The notes: generated by a model from the sequence alone, not told the origin. Shown: positions 44,667 through 54,636, counted from the stretch's first letter. The stretch is DNA of 61,702 nucleotides from Candidatus Woesearchaeota archaeon (GCA_964457955.1 CAYWEY010000001.1:38277-99978), one strand, 5' to 3'. Made by a program: numbers and translations.

Positions 44667-45700
44667 TGAATGTAACTGATTTCAGGATTGATTTCCCTGC
44701 ATTAAGAAAAAAAGTTATTTATTTGAACAATTTTAACTCCTGCCTCAAACCAGAGATAGTTATTAATTGTCTAAGAAATTATTATGAGAAAGAATATGAT
44801 GTTCATGACGAGATTACGCGTTCGATTAAGACTGTAAAAAAATTCATTAACGCTTATGATAGGGGTGGAATAATATTCACAAATAATTTAGGTGATTCAA
44901 TAAATACAATTTATGAAAAATCCGGAATAAAAAAAGATGATAAGATAGTTCTTACAAACCTGGAGGAGAATAATAATTTGATTAACTGGTACGAGCTTAT
45001 TAAGAACAAGAAATTAAAATATGATTTGTTTAAAGCAGCAAAGGTTTTCAGTTCAGAAAAATTTAAAGAATTAATTACTAAAGATACAAAAATAGTCTGC
45101 ATACCCCACATAAGCAGTTGTTCAGGAATTACTCTTCCAGTTAAAGAAATATGTGATTACTGTCATGAAAAAAATATTAAAGTGGTTATTAATGCTTCAT
45201 ATAGTTCTGCACATAAAACAATAAATATTAGTGAATGGAATGCTGATTTTGTTTTATTGAATCCTGATTATTTATGCGGGCCTGAAGGAATCAGCATATT
45301 GTATGCTAAAGATGAAGAAGATGATTATTGCAAGGATTATAAAGGAATCATATGTGCAGGAAAAGGAATAAAATATCTTCATAATTTAGGAATGGAAGAT
45401 ATTATGAAGCACGAGAAAAGATTGGTGAAAAGATTATACAAAGGTTTAGAAAATGATAATATTGACATAATAAGCAAAGACGGGCCATTGATTAATATTG
45501 TTGTCAAGAACATTTTGAACAAGAAAGTCAGGGAGTTATTAATAGACAGCAACAATATACATGTTAGTTCTGGTCTTAACTGCGAGCAGTGGTGCAAGGA
45601 CAATAATATTAAAGATTCAGTACTAGTATGCCCTTATTTTTATAACACGATGGAAGAGGTAGAATTGTTCATGAAGGATTTGAATAATATTATTTCTTAA
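44666..45700 (+). CDS. class-V aminotransferase/cysteine-desulfurase-like protein lacking the PLP-lysine
   Basis: Collinear with the NifS/SufS pattern (FPALRK.VIYLNN..., IPHISSCSGITLPVKEI, GPEGISILYAK). SGHK reads NPDY and D(G)AQ reads NASY. Confidence 0.7.
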   Translation: MNVTDFRIDFPALRKKVIYLNNFNSCLKPEIVINCLRNYYEKEYDVHDEITRSIKTVKKFINAYDRGGIIFTNNLGDSINTIYEKSGIKKDDKIVLTNLEENNNLINWYELIKNKKLKYDLFKAAKVFSSEKFKELITKDTKIVCIPHISSCSGITLPVKEICDYCHEKNIKVVINASYSSAHKTINISEWNADFVLLNPDYLCGPEGISILYAKDEEDDYCKDYKGIICAGKGIKYLHNLGMEDIMKHEKRLVKRLYKGLENDNIDIISKDGPLINIVVKNILNKKVRELLIDSNNIHVSSGLNCEQWCKDNNIKDSVLVCPYFYNTMEEVELFMKDLNNIIS

Positions 45701-45904
45701 AAAACCATATTTATAAACACAAATTTTTAATATATTTTCCCAAATGAGCATAGAACAACTAATAAAAGGACTGGAAATATATGTGACAAAAGATGGAATG
45801 AAAGAAACATAAATTAATTGACTAACATAACCCACACTTTTATATAATAATCGTCGAGTATAATTGATATATTTAAATATTATTTGGGTCTTAATTAATG
45901 ATTA

Positions 45905-46226
45905 ATGGATGAACAATTAAGGAGCGCATTAGAAGCTCAGAATCCCTGGTGGTTCGGCAAAAATTTTGATTCAGGTATTCAACGATTAAATTATTATCCT
46001 AAAATAATGAATTATTTAAAAACCCCTGAAATACTATTACTAATTGGTGCCAGACGAACAGGCAAGTCAACACTAACTTACCAAGTTATTAAAAAAATTA
46101 ATAAAACAAGGAGTGAAGCCAAAATCAATATTATTCATCAACTTAGATGAACCCCTTCTTCAAAGCAAGAGTTCAACCTCAAGTGACTTCATCCCGCATA
46201 CTATAAAATTAATTTATAACACATAA
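45905..46226 (+). pseudogene. frameshifted and truncated COG1373-type AAA+ ATPase
   Basis: NPWWFGK...LLLIGARRTGKSTLTYQ is the typical N-terminus. After the A7 run (46091-46097) the +1 frame continues as LIKQGVKPKSILFINLDEPLL, then stops at 46224-46226. Only about 105 aa in total are encoded, whereas this family is typically several hundred aa. Confidence 0.6.
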
Positions 46227-46392
46227 TGAGTCAAGATACAATTTTCCAGAAGCGCGCATCTAAAATCCTAAACTAAAAAAGTAGTCCACTAAACACAAAA
46301 ACAAGCCACTTACTAACAATCAAAAACGCAACAAAAATATACAACGAACCAAAAGAAAAAAAAATATTATTAAGGGTGAACAAATAAATTCA

Positions 46393-46668
46393 TCATATCG
46401 TGAAATAATCTTTTAATTCATCAGGCACCTCGAATATTTCTAAGCGGAGGCCGGCATCCACATAAGTCCAGCTTATTATGAGTGCTTCAAAAGACTGAAC
46501 CCATTTCTCTTTTTTCCTGAAATACTCAGCATCCTTGTAATAAGTATAAGCGAGTTCAAGTAATTCCTCAAAATCTTTGCCTTCTTCAACAACTTTGACT
46601 TTATCAAAAACTTCTTTCATCTTCTTTTGATGCTTACTGATTTGGTTTTTCAACTCTTTTTTCATCAA
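46393..46668 (-). CDS. small helical protein (DUF357-like, tentative)
   Basis: 91 aa, ATGA overlap with the polB stop. YKDAEYF...ALIISWTYVDAGLRL resembles the DUF357 core. Confidence 0.45.
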   Translation of the reverse strand: MMKKELKNQISKHQKKMKEVFDKVKVVEEGKDFEELLELAYTYYKDAEYFRKKEKWVQSFEALIISWTYVDAGLRLEIFEVPDELKDYFTI

Positions 46669-49004
46669 AATCCCTCCAGTGTCTTCTGCCTAGTCAATCC
46701 TATTCTTTTCTCATTTACTCCTGCAGCAGTGAGTATTCTTTTAACACTAGGTATTAACTGATTATTTATATAATAATCCGCGTCAGGAACCAATCCTTTC
46801 TTCTCTGCCTGTTCAGGAATATACGCCCTGTCACTTATGCTTCCGTGCCCGCTAACAACAACGTACTTAATATTCATTCCTGAAAGAATATTAACTCCTT
46901 TCCTTTTCGCTCTTATTGCAGCACGCACGTGAGGTCCCTGGCTCTTATAATTCTCTATCTTCTTACGCAGTTGTGTTGTAATAACAAAATCTTTTAAATC
47001 ATAATCATTATTCTTAACTTTTTGAATAGTATTATTAACAACTCTTAATGCATTATCAAAATCTTTCTTGACAAGAATATTGTACAATACTTTTTTCTGC
47101 AGTTTCTTGGCAAGCATACTCCAGTCCCTGCGAACAGCTTCAAAACCCTTTACTTCAATACCTGATTCTTTGTTATACAGTGCATACTTTTTCTTCGCCC
47201 CTCCCTTCTCTCTTTTCTTGCTTACAAAAACACCTGTCTGGAAAAAACCTTCAAATTCAAGAGTTACTCCCTCAGGAAGTTTTTTATTAACTCCTTTAAT
47301 AAAACTTTCTGCCTTACTCTTATTATCTGAAGGAAGAGAAAAAATTATACTATCAGTGTCTCCGTACAGAACGCTGAATCCTTCTTTTTCTGCAGTATTC
47401 ATGACTTCATGAATGTATTTTCTGCCCCACCCAGTTATGCTTGCAGCGCATCCAAGATCATACCATCTTGAATGAGGGAAACCAAGATAACCATAAATCG
47501 CGTTAGCCAATAATTTCATAGCGCTCTGACGAGAGTCAAGAATATTATATTCTTTATTATTCTCATCCATTTTCTTTAATTTTTTCTTAATCTTTGTTCG
47601 GGAATTAATTAGTTTTTCAATAAGAAAAGGAATAAACCCCTGCGGGGTTTTCAGGAACTTAAAACTTTCCCCATTAACAACAGGACTCTCATAAATATTC
47701 TCATTCTTGTCAGTGAGTGTTGTGGGGCAGATATTATGGGCTACAATTATACTCGGATATAATGAACGGAAATCATAAACAACAATGTTTTCATAAAAAC
47801 CAGGCACTGGTTCGCGCACAAAACCTCCTTTGTAAGTTTTTGCAAAACGCTTACCAACCTCACTGCCTGAAGGATTGTTCGGAATAATTTGGTTAAAATT
47901 ATGCGCGTTCTTCATCAAGTAATTCTCAACCAGGCTGCTGATGCCTATTCGGGAAGCATTAAAAACAGGAATACCAACTATGCGCGTGAGTTCAAAAAGC
48001 AGGGGGAAGACTTCCTCAGCAAGCTTCAAAGTTAACACACTGTCCTGAAGATTATACTCAGCATACTTTTCAAGATCTTTCTCTTCATCCCAGTCATTAT
48101 ACATATTGTCGAGTTCGCATTCATTCTTCTTATCACCCAATAATGCTTCACACACGCTGTCAAGCTTATAATCCTCTGTTTTCAAATAAGTTGATAAAGC
48201 AGTGCTTATGAAAGGGTATAAATCAATATGGACTGGTCCGAAAATTCTGTAAGGATAACCTCTTCCTTTCCTTATTCTCTCCACTTTCTCACTGAACGGT
48301 TCAAAAACAAGAGTCATACCATATATTTTGGCGCGCTTAACTAAGTATTTGAAGTCAAACCTGTCTGAATTATAACCAACCAAGAAATGAGGATTCAACT
48401 CATTAATGACTTTGTTGAATTCCTTAATCATTTCTTTCTCAGAACCAAGAACTTTAACAAAACCTCTGTCAATTTTTTTATAAGTCAATACTTTCTTATA
48501 ACCCGTGTTTGACACTATTGAAATCATAATAATAGGGTGCTCGTCAGGACTGCTGAATCCGCGTGGATTATAAGTCTCAATATCAAAGCAGACAATACGC
48601 GGATTTTCTAATAATTCATTATTGCTTACTAAAGGAGTTATTTTTTTATCAAACAAGAATTTTTTATAACCCTTAACCCTGTGTTCATAAATTTCTATTA
48701 CAAAAGACAATTCTTCCTTGATTTTTTTAGCAGTTTTTTTCAGAATTTTATGACCATTAACCCATATTTTCAGGAATTCTTTTTCTTCACCGAATAATTC
48801 TTTCTTAATCAGTCTGCATTCAGTGACTTCATCATAATCTTTTATTTTTTTCAAAAAATTTTTGTCATTCTCTGTAAGAAGAGCATAAAAATAGGGGTTA
48901 AAAACTTCTTCTTTTTTAACAAAACTTCCTTCTTTATCCACTCCACTAAGCAAAATCTTGTTTTCAAAACTCCTGATGCTGAGCAAGTAAAAATCTTTCA
49001 TCAA
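46665..49004 (-). CDS. polB: family-B DNA polymerase
   Basis: Exo I FDIETY, Exo II YNSDRFDFKYL, Exo III YNLQDS. Pol motifs DFRSLYPSII, KLLANAIYG, YGDTDS. No intein. Confidence 0.95.
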   Translation of the reverse strand: MMKDFYLLSIRSFENKILLSGVDKEGSFVKKEEVFNPYFYALLTENDKNFLKKIKDYDEVTECRLIKKELFGEEKEFLKIWVNGHKILKKTAKKIKEELSFVIEIYEHRVKGYKKFLFDKKITPLVSNNELLENPRIVCFDIETYNPRGFSSPDEHPIIMISIVSNTGYKKVLTYKKIDRGFVKVLGSEKEMIKEFNKVINELNPHFLVGYNSDRFDFKYLVKRAKIYGMTLVFEPFSEKVERIRKGRGYPYRIFGPVHIDLYPFISTALSTYLKTEDYKLDSVCEALLGDKKNECELDNMYNDWDEEKDLEKYAEYNLQDSVLTLKLAEEVFPLLFELTRIVGIPVFNASRIGISSLVENYLMKNAHNFNQIIPNNPSGSEVGKRFAKTYKGGFVREPVPGFYENIVVYDFRSLYPSIIVAHNICPTTLTDKNENIYESPVVNGESFKFLKTPQGFIPFLIEKLINSRTKIKKKLKKMDENNKEYNILDSRQSAMKLLANAIYGYLGFPHSRWYDLGCAASITGWGRKYIHEVMNTAEKEGFSVLYGDTDSIIFSLPSDNKSKAESFIKGVNKKLPEGVTLEFEGFFQTGVFVSKKREKGGAKKKYALYNKESGIEVKGFEAVRRDWSMLAKKLQKKVLYNILVKKDFDNALRVVNNTIQKVKNNDYDLKDFVITTQLRKKIENYKSQGPHVRAAIRAKRKGVNILSGMNIKYVVVSGHGSISDRAYIPEQAEKKGLVPDADYYINNQLIPSVKRILTAAGVNEKRIGLTRQKTLEGF

Positions 49005-49060
49005 ATAATAATATATTAAAAAAAGGTTTTTAATTCTTTGTATAATAAAATATACTTACA

Positions 49061-51019
49061 TTGAAGTGCCAGGCTAGTTTTGATATTAAAGTAATAGTGG
49101 AAGAATTGAAGGAATTTATAGGAAGCAGAATAGATAAGTTCTACAATACCAAAAAAGGAGAGCTCCTCATAAGGTTTTACAATAAGAAAAAAGGAAAAAG
49201 AGTTCTCAGAATACATAAAGGCTGCTGTCTACATCTAACAAAACACAAATACCTTGTGCCCAGAGAACCTTCCGGATTCACAATGCTTATGAGGAAGTAT
49301 ATGAAAAGCGCGGTAGTTACTAATATTAGTCAACCTGGTTTTGAAAGAATAATCATAATAAGTGTTAAAACAAAAGACAAGTCATACAATTTATTCTTCG
49401 AATTATTCGACAAAGGAAACGTTGTTGTATGCACAAGCAATAATAAAATAATAAATGCATTAAGATTCACAGAAAGAAGAAGTATCAAGCCAGGAACAAG
49501 TTACGAACTCCCTGAACCAAGATTCAAACCAGAATACATAGATAAACTGGAATTCAGAAGAGTAATAAAGGGTTCGGATAAGGACATGCTTGTAAAAGCA
49601 CTGGCGAGTGATATGGGATTAGGAGGGAAATACGCTGAAGAATTAATAGAATTAAGTAATATTGATAAAGAAACAAATCCAGGATACATGTCAAAAGAAG
49701 ATATTAAAAAATTATACAAAACCTTCCTAATAATGTATAAAAGCGTTAAGCATTACATGCATATTAATCCTGTTGTGGTTGAGACTGAAGAAGGAGAATT
49801 AATAGATTTCTGCCCTTTCAAATTCAAATCTTACAAAAAATACAATTTCAAGAATTTCTCCTCATTCAACGCTGCATGCGATTATTACTATAGTTTAAAG
49901 AAAAAGCATGAAAAAATAAGGAAAAGGAGAGAAAAATACTTAAGAAAAGTGAATAAACTAAAAAAGAGGAAAGAAGAACAGCATGAGAGACTGAATCACT
50001 TAATAAAAAAATCCAAGTATTTGCAGAATGTTGGAAACATAATATACAATAATTATGAATTCTTAAACAGTATTTTAAGAAAAATACTTGAAGCAAACAA
50101 GTCAGGAATAAGTTGGAACAGGATTAAGGACATGATAAAAAGAGAAAAAGACAAAGAATCTCCAGAAGCATTAAGCATTAAGAAAATAAATGAAAAAAAT
50201 AATTCAATAATAATCCAATTGGGTGGAGAAGTTTTCGACCTGCCGATAAGTGGTGACTTAAATGATGCTGCTCAGGAATATTTCAATCAGAGCAAGAAAT
50301 TGAAGAGAAAAATAATTGGTGCAGAAGAAAGTATGAGGAATACTCAGGAAAGATTACAAAAAGTCAAGGAAGAAAAAATGATTGAACCTGAAAGAATAAT
50401 TGAGAAAATAAAAAGAGAGAAAAAATGGTATGAAAAATTCAAGTGGATGATAACAAGCAACAAATTCTTACTAATCTGTGGAAAAGACAGAGAACAAAAC
50501 GAGATACTTATAAAAAAATACAAAGAATCAAACGATTTAGTTTTTCACGCAGTAATAAAAGGCTCTCCTTTTGGAATATTAAAAAATGGACAAGACGCGG
50601 AGTACAAAGATTTAAAGGAATCCGCCCATTTCGTGGCCTGCTTCTCAAAAGCATGGAGTGAAAAAATGCCTGTTGATACTTATTACACAAAACCAGAAAA
50701 TGTAAGCAAAAGAGCTCCGAGCGGAGAATATGTTCCATACGGTTCATTCACCATAAAAGGTGATGTGAAGTATTTCAAGAACATAATACCAAAACTAAGC
50801 ATAGGATATACTAAAAAATTAAAAATAATTGGGGGGTCTGAAGAACTTATTAAAAAAAAATGTTTAGAATACGTTAATATCAAGCCTGGAAGAATCAAAA
50901 CAGGAAAAATAGCTGAAAGAATAAAAAAAATACTTGGTAGGCATGAAAGCAGAATAAAAAAATTAAAAAGCGAGGAGTTCCTAAAATTTATACCAGGACC
51001 AAGCAGGCTGGAGATATGA
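49061..51019 (+). CDS. NFACT-family protein (archaeal Rqc2/RqcH/FbpA homologue)
   Basis: NFACT-N-like N-terminus (FDIKVIVEELKEFIGSRIDKFYN), central coiled coil, DUF814-like DLVFHAVIKGSPFGILKN. TTG start. Confidence 0.8.
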   Translation: MKCQASFDIKVIVEELKEFIGSRIDKFYNTKKGELLIRFYNKKKGKRVLRIHKGCCLHLTKHKYLVPREPSGFTMLMRKYMKSAVVTNISQPGFERIIIISVKTKDKSYNLFFELFDKGNVVVCTSNNKIINALRFTERRSIKPGTSYELPEPRFKPEYIDKLEFRRVIKGSDKDMLVKALASDMGLGGKYAEELIELSNIDKETNPGYMSKEDIKKLYKTFLIMYKSVKHYMHINPVVVETEEGELIDFCPFKFKSYKKYNFKNFSSFNAACDYYYSLKKKHEKIRKRREKYLRKVNKLKKRKEEQHERLNHLIKKSKYLQNVGNIIYNNYEFLNSILRKILEANKSGISWNRIKDMIKREKDKESPEALSIKKINEKNNSIIIQLGGEVFDLPISGDLNDAAQEYFNQSKKLKRKIIGAEESMRNTQERLQKVKEEKMIEPERIIEKIKREKKWYEKFKWMITSNKFLLICGKDREQNEILIKKYKESNDLVFHAVIKGSPFGILKNGQDAEYKDLKESAHFVACFSKAWSEKMPVDTYYTKPENVSKRAPSGEYVPYGSFTIKGDVKYFKNIIPKLSIGYTKKLKIIGGSEELIKKKCLEYVNIKPGRIKTGKIAERIKKILGRHESRIKKLKSEEFLKFIPGPSRLEI

Positions 51020-51426
51020 AAAAATATATTAAAAAAATAACTTTATCAACACACAAAAAATTTGAAGTTAAAGACTTAACAGAAGACGTAATAAATGCAG
51101 TGAATGAATCTAAAATCAGAGACGGAGTAGTAAATATTTTTGCAAAACATGCAACATGTGCAATAATACTTAATGAAAACGAGTCAGGATTATTAAAAGA
51201 CTATATCAGAATAATCAAGGAATTGTTTGTAAAAAAAGATTACGAACACGACAGAATAGATAATAACGCTCATGCCCATTTAGCATCCGCGTTTATATCA
51301 CAGCAAAAAAGTTATCCTATAATCAAAGGTGAGATTAAAAAAGGAACCTGGCAGGATTGTTTATTACTAGAATTTGATGGTCCTAGAAAAAATAGAGAAA
51401 TAATAATTCAAGTGCTAGGCGAATGA
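51016..51426 (+). CDS. YjbQ/UPF0047 family protein
   Basis: GVVNIFAKHATCAIILNENESG...DNNAHAHLASAF...GTWQDCLLLEFDGPR is a family signature. Confidence 0.8.
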   Translation: MKKYIKKITLSTHKKFEVKDLTEDVINAVNESKIRDGVVNIFAKHATCAIILNENESGLLKDYIRIIKELFVKKDYEHDRIDNNAHAHLASAFISQQKSYPIIKGEIKKGTWQDCLLLEFDGPRKNREIIIQVLGE

Positions 51427-51659
51427 TTAAAAAAGAAAAAATAATATTTGAATTAAAAAAAATCATAGACCCCCATCTTAATAAAGATATATGGAGTTCT
51501 AATCTGGTTACAAAAATTAAAATCAAAAAAAACATTATTTTACTAAATTTTAAACCAACAACTCCTTTTTGTCCTTTAATAGATTATTTTGTTTCAGAGA
51601 TTAAGGAAAGACTTGAATCTTTAGAAGATGTTGATGAAGTTAAAATAAAAATAAAATAA
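51423..51659 (+). CDS. DUF59/MIP18-family (Fe-S assembly-related) protein
   Basis: LKKIIDPHLNKDIWSSNLV...FKPTTPFCPL matches the DUF59 pattern (V.DPe...di..lGlv...mtlT.p.CP). Confidence 0.7.
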   Translation: MIKKEKIIFELKKIIDPHLNKDIWSSNLVTKIKIKKNIILLNFKPTTPFCPLIDYFVSEIKERLESLEDVDEVKIKIK

Positions 51660-51693
51660 AAAAAAAATAAGAAAAGAAAAAAAGTTTTTTTAT

Positions 51694-51861
51694 TTATAAG
51701 TCATAACCTTTAATTGTTACTCTTCCATTAGCTTTTGATCTCTCTGAAGCATCTCTTATTAATTCTTTAACCTGTTCATCTAATTTCTCTAAAGCACTGT
51801 CTGGAAACCTAACACCTAATTCTTTTCCAAAATCTTTGCAACTTTTTTTAACAATTAACAT
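51694..51861 (-). CDS. 55-aa histone-fold protein (archaeal histone/DUF1931-like), below the ORF-track cutoff
   Basis: MLIVKKSCKDFGKELGVRFPDSALEKLDEQVKELIRDASERSKANGRVTIKGYDL aligns with the HMf-type pattern ...R.s.dA...L.e.......i...A...A.haGRKTiK.eDi. AGGAGGT sits about 10 nt upstream of the ATG. Confidence 0.55.
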   Translation of the reverse strand: MLIVKKSCKDFGKELGVRFPDSALEKLDEQVKELIRDASERSKANGRVTIKGYDL

Positions 51862-52192
51862 TTTTTTTTAACAACCTCCTATAATTTTTTCAAAAAGGCT
51901 GATATTTTAAAAGTTTAACGGTAAAAATGTTTTAACACAAAAAACAATAAAATATAATAATTAACATTTTGTTAATTATAAACAATTAAATAAATAATTT
52001 GTTTAATAAAATTATTTTAATAATCAAAATACTTATATTTAATAAATGGTTGTAAACAGTTAAAGGAAATCATTTATATATGCCCCTTAATTTATAATTA
52101 CTTGTAATCAAATCAAAAAAATAGTGTGTTTTGTTTAAGTAAGTTCAGAAGAACAAAGAAATCCAAAGAACCAAAGTAATACAGTAATCTTT

Positions 52193-53083
52193 TTATATTA
52201 TTTTATCACTTAGTTTCAGAATATTTTTCCTGCCAGAACGCTCTATCCTTATTATGTTCTTTGAACTAAGATTATTAACTATTTTAGAAAGTTTTGACTT
52301 AGAAAAATCAAGAGGTTTTAACAACTTATTCTGATAAACACCTTTAGGATTCTTACTAACCATATCAAAAACTTTTTTTTCATCATCAGATAATGCCATA
52401 ACCACCAATTCTTTTCTTTTACTTCTTAAAAAAAGATAGGTTATCATACCCCCCGCCAGTAAACCAATTATTCCAAAAAAAAATATTAATACAAAAGAAT
52501 TATTCTGTGTTGATAACTGCTGGAAAAAAAACAAGTAAGCATTCTCTTCACCATAACTTAATGGCTCAATCCAATTAATTATTATTTGCTGTCCATCAGA
52601 ATACAGATTTGAAGGAGATGGAGAAATACTGCTACCTCCTTTTCTCACTATCCCATAACCCTGGGGAAGAATAACTTCATATTTATAATCAGATATATTA
52701 TAATAAGAAGTAAAAGAATAACTGAATAAAAAATAATCCTCAACAGATTCAACAAGCTCAGAATCATAAGTAATCACATATTCTTTAGTACTGTTCGGAC
52801 TTAATTCGTCAATTATTTTAATACTTGGCACATTATTCAACATCAGTAAGGCATGATTTACTTCTTCATTGTTATGAAAAACTTTTAAATCATCCGGCGC
52901 TTCTCCAAGTAGGAAAAAAAATTCTTCCTGCGTAATATTCTTATTATTCTTAACACCAATAATTATTTCCTGTTCAGTATAATCAGGAAAAATTTCAGAG
53001 GAGATATGCAAGTAATCATAATTTACACAAAAAACCGGACTGAAACAAACTATTAAAATGATAAAAACAAAGAATCTTCTCAT
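52193..53083 (-). CDS. membrane-anchored winged-helix regulator with extracytoplasmic domain
   Basis: Signal peptide MRRFFVFIILIVCFSPVFC, an extracellular domain of about 190 aa, TM (FVLIFFFGIIGLLAGGMITYLF), and a cytoplasmic wHTH-like tail (LSDDEKKVFDMVSKN..GVYQNKLLKPLDFSKSKLSKIVNNLSSKNIIRIERSGRKN). Confidence 0.55.
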   Translation of the reverse strand: MRRFFVFIILIVCFSPVFCVNYDYLHISSEIFPDYTEQEIIIGVKNNKNITQEEFFFLLGEAPDDLKVFHNNEEVNHALLMLNNVPSIKIIDELSPNSTKEYVITYDSELVESVEDYFLFSYSFTSYYNISDYKYEVILPQGYGIVRKGGSSISPSPSNLYSDGQQIIINWIEPLSYGEENAYLFFFQQLSTQNNSFVLIFFFGIIGLLAGGMITYLFLRSKRKELVVMALSDDEKKVFDMVSKNPKGVYQNKLLKPLDFSKSKLSKIVNNLSSKNIIRIERSGRKNILKLSDKII

Positions 53084-53100
53084 TAATAACCTTTATATAA

Positions 53101-53322
53101 ATGGGGTTTTTATATAATTTTTTAATGAAAGCAATAAGTTTAAAGAAGAGCATGGAGTCAATAGTGATAATTCTTGGAATAAGTTCATTATTATGTATGC
53201 TGCTTGCAACTATATCTCTGGTTTATAAACAATTATCCCAAATAATGCTTATTTTTGGGTTATATACATTGTCAGGAGTTCAGATAATAACTGCTCACGC
53301 GCTTAGTAAAATAAATACTTAA
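53101..53322 (+). CDS. small membrane protein
   Basis: 73 aa, two hydrophobic helices. Confidence 0.35.
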   Translation: MGFLYNFLMKAISLKKSMESIVIILGISSLLCMLLATISLVYKQLSQIMLIFGLYTLSGVQIITAHALSKINT

Positions 53323-53364
53323 ATTAGCAAATATTTTAAATAACCAATTACTTTTTTTAAAACT

Positions 53365-53598
53365 ATGGCAAGGAAAAAAAAGAAGTCAAAAAAAAGTAAG
53401 AAAGAAATATTAAGTAAGGATGTTGGAAAAATAGAGTTCCTATACATTACGGAAGCAGTACTGTTCTTAGTATTAGCATCACTTGTTGGTGTTAATCCTG
53501 CATTATTACAATATGTTGTTATGACAGCATTAGTAATTCTTGCAATAGGAGCAGTTGTTCTTGCTTACGAATGGGTAAACTTAGAAACAGAACTATAA
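53365..53598 (+). CDS. small membrane protein with K-rich N-terminus
   Basis: MARKKKKSKKSKKE then two hydrophobic helices. Confidence 0.45.
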   Translation: MARKKKKSKKSKKEILSKDVGKIEFLYITEAVLFLVLASLVGVNPALLQYVVMTALVILAIGAVVLAYEWVNLETEL

Positions 53599-53664
53599 AA
53601 AATTTATTATTTTTTTATTTTTTTTTAATAATTTTAATAAATAACAGGACATTCTAATATAATT

Positions 53665-54636
53665 ATGAATTTTTTGGAACTAATCACTCAAAAAAATATT
53701 GAGAAAAAGAGAAAGATACTGGAGATTAAAAACTTACAGAACAAGTATGATAATAAAGTATTCATAAACAATCTGAGTTTCACAGTTTACAGGGGAGAAA
53801 TATTCTCAATAATTGGATTAAGCGGTAGCGGGAAATCAACACTTCTTAAACTAATTAGTGGAATACTTCCAAAATCAGGTGGTAAAGTCAGGTTTTGGAA
53901 CAGGGGATTGTTCTGGATTAAAAATCTTATAGGATATTCTCCGCAGGAAGATAGTTTTTTCAACAACTTAACCATTAAAGAAAATATTATTTTATTCTCA
54001 GAAATACTGGGAGTTAATAAAAAAAAAGGTATTGAAAGAGGAAGAAGATTGCTGGAGATAGTGAAGATGAAAGAATACTTAAATGAGGAATGCTCAAATT
54101 TGTCAGGCGGGGAGAAAAAAAGACTAAATATTATCCTAAGCTGTCTGCACGAACCAAGATTATTAATTCTTGATGAGCCTTTTGCAGGACTCGATTATTA
54201 TAATCGGAAAATATTATGGGATTTCATAGTTGGTTTAAAAAATAAAAGCACATCAATAATACTTACCACACACTTACTCCAGGAAGCCCAGAAATACAGT
54301 TCAAGAATGCTAATATTGAAAGATGGTAAGAAATTCAATTACGGGACTTTCAAAAACATAAAGAAAAAAATTGGGTTTAATTATTTATATCATATAAAGT
54401 TTTCAAGAAGATTAAGTAAAAAAAATCATGAACAAATAAAACACTATCTTTTACTGAAAAATATTCCTATAATATATAATCATAAAAAAGAATTCCAGTT
54501 CTCTGTTAAAAACGAAAAAGAGAAAGAAATAATAAGTGATTATTTGAAGAATAAAAAATTAAGTTTTGATGAAATAAGTTTTCGCAAACCAAATCTTGAT
54601 GAAGTTATGCTGATGAGTAAAAATGAGAATTATTGA
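53665..54636 (+). CDS. ABC transporter ATP-binding protein (ABC-2 type)
   Basis: Walker A GLSGSGKSTLL, signature LSGGEKKRL, Walker B LLILDEPFAGLD. Confidence 0.9.
   Translation: MNFLELITQKNIEKKRKILEIKNLQNKYDNKVFINNLSFTVYRGEIFSIIGLSGSGKSTLLKLISGILPKSGGKVRFWNRGLFWIKNLIGYSPQEDSFFNNLTIKENIILFSEILGVNKKKGIERGRRLLEIVKMKEYLNEECSNLSGGEKKRLNIILSCLHEPRLLILDEPFAGLDYYNRKILWDFIVGLKNKSTSIILTTHLLQEAQKYSSRMLILKDGKKFNYGTFKNIKKKIGFNYLYHIKFSRRLSKKNHEQIKHYLLLKNIPIIYNHKKEFQFSVKNEKEKEIISDYLKNKKLSFDEISFRKPNLDEVMLMSKNENY

Noticed and set aside
45623-45835. 70-aa minus-strand ORF in the spacer after the desulfurase-like gene
   Set aside because: It overlaps the 3' end of a supported gene, its translation is hydrophobic and low-complexity, and it has no start context or motif.
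51862-52192. Extremely AT-rich 330-nt spacer considered as a replication origin
   Set aside because: Only short AT palindromes are present (e.g. taattaac/gttaatta at 51958-51978). I could see no repeated ORB-like elements, and there is no adjacent orc1/cdc6 gene. It is more simply a divergent or long promoter region.
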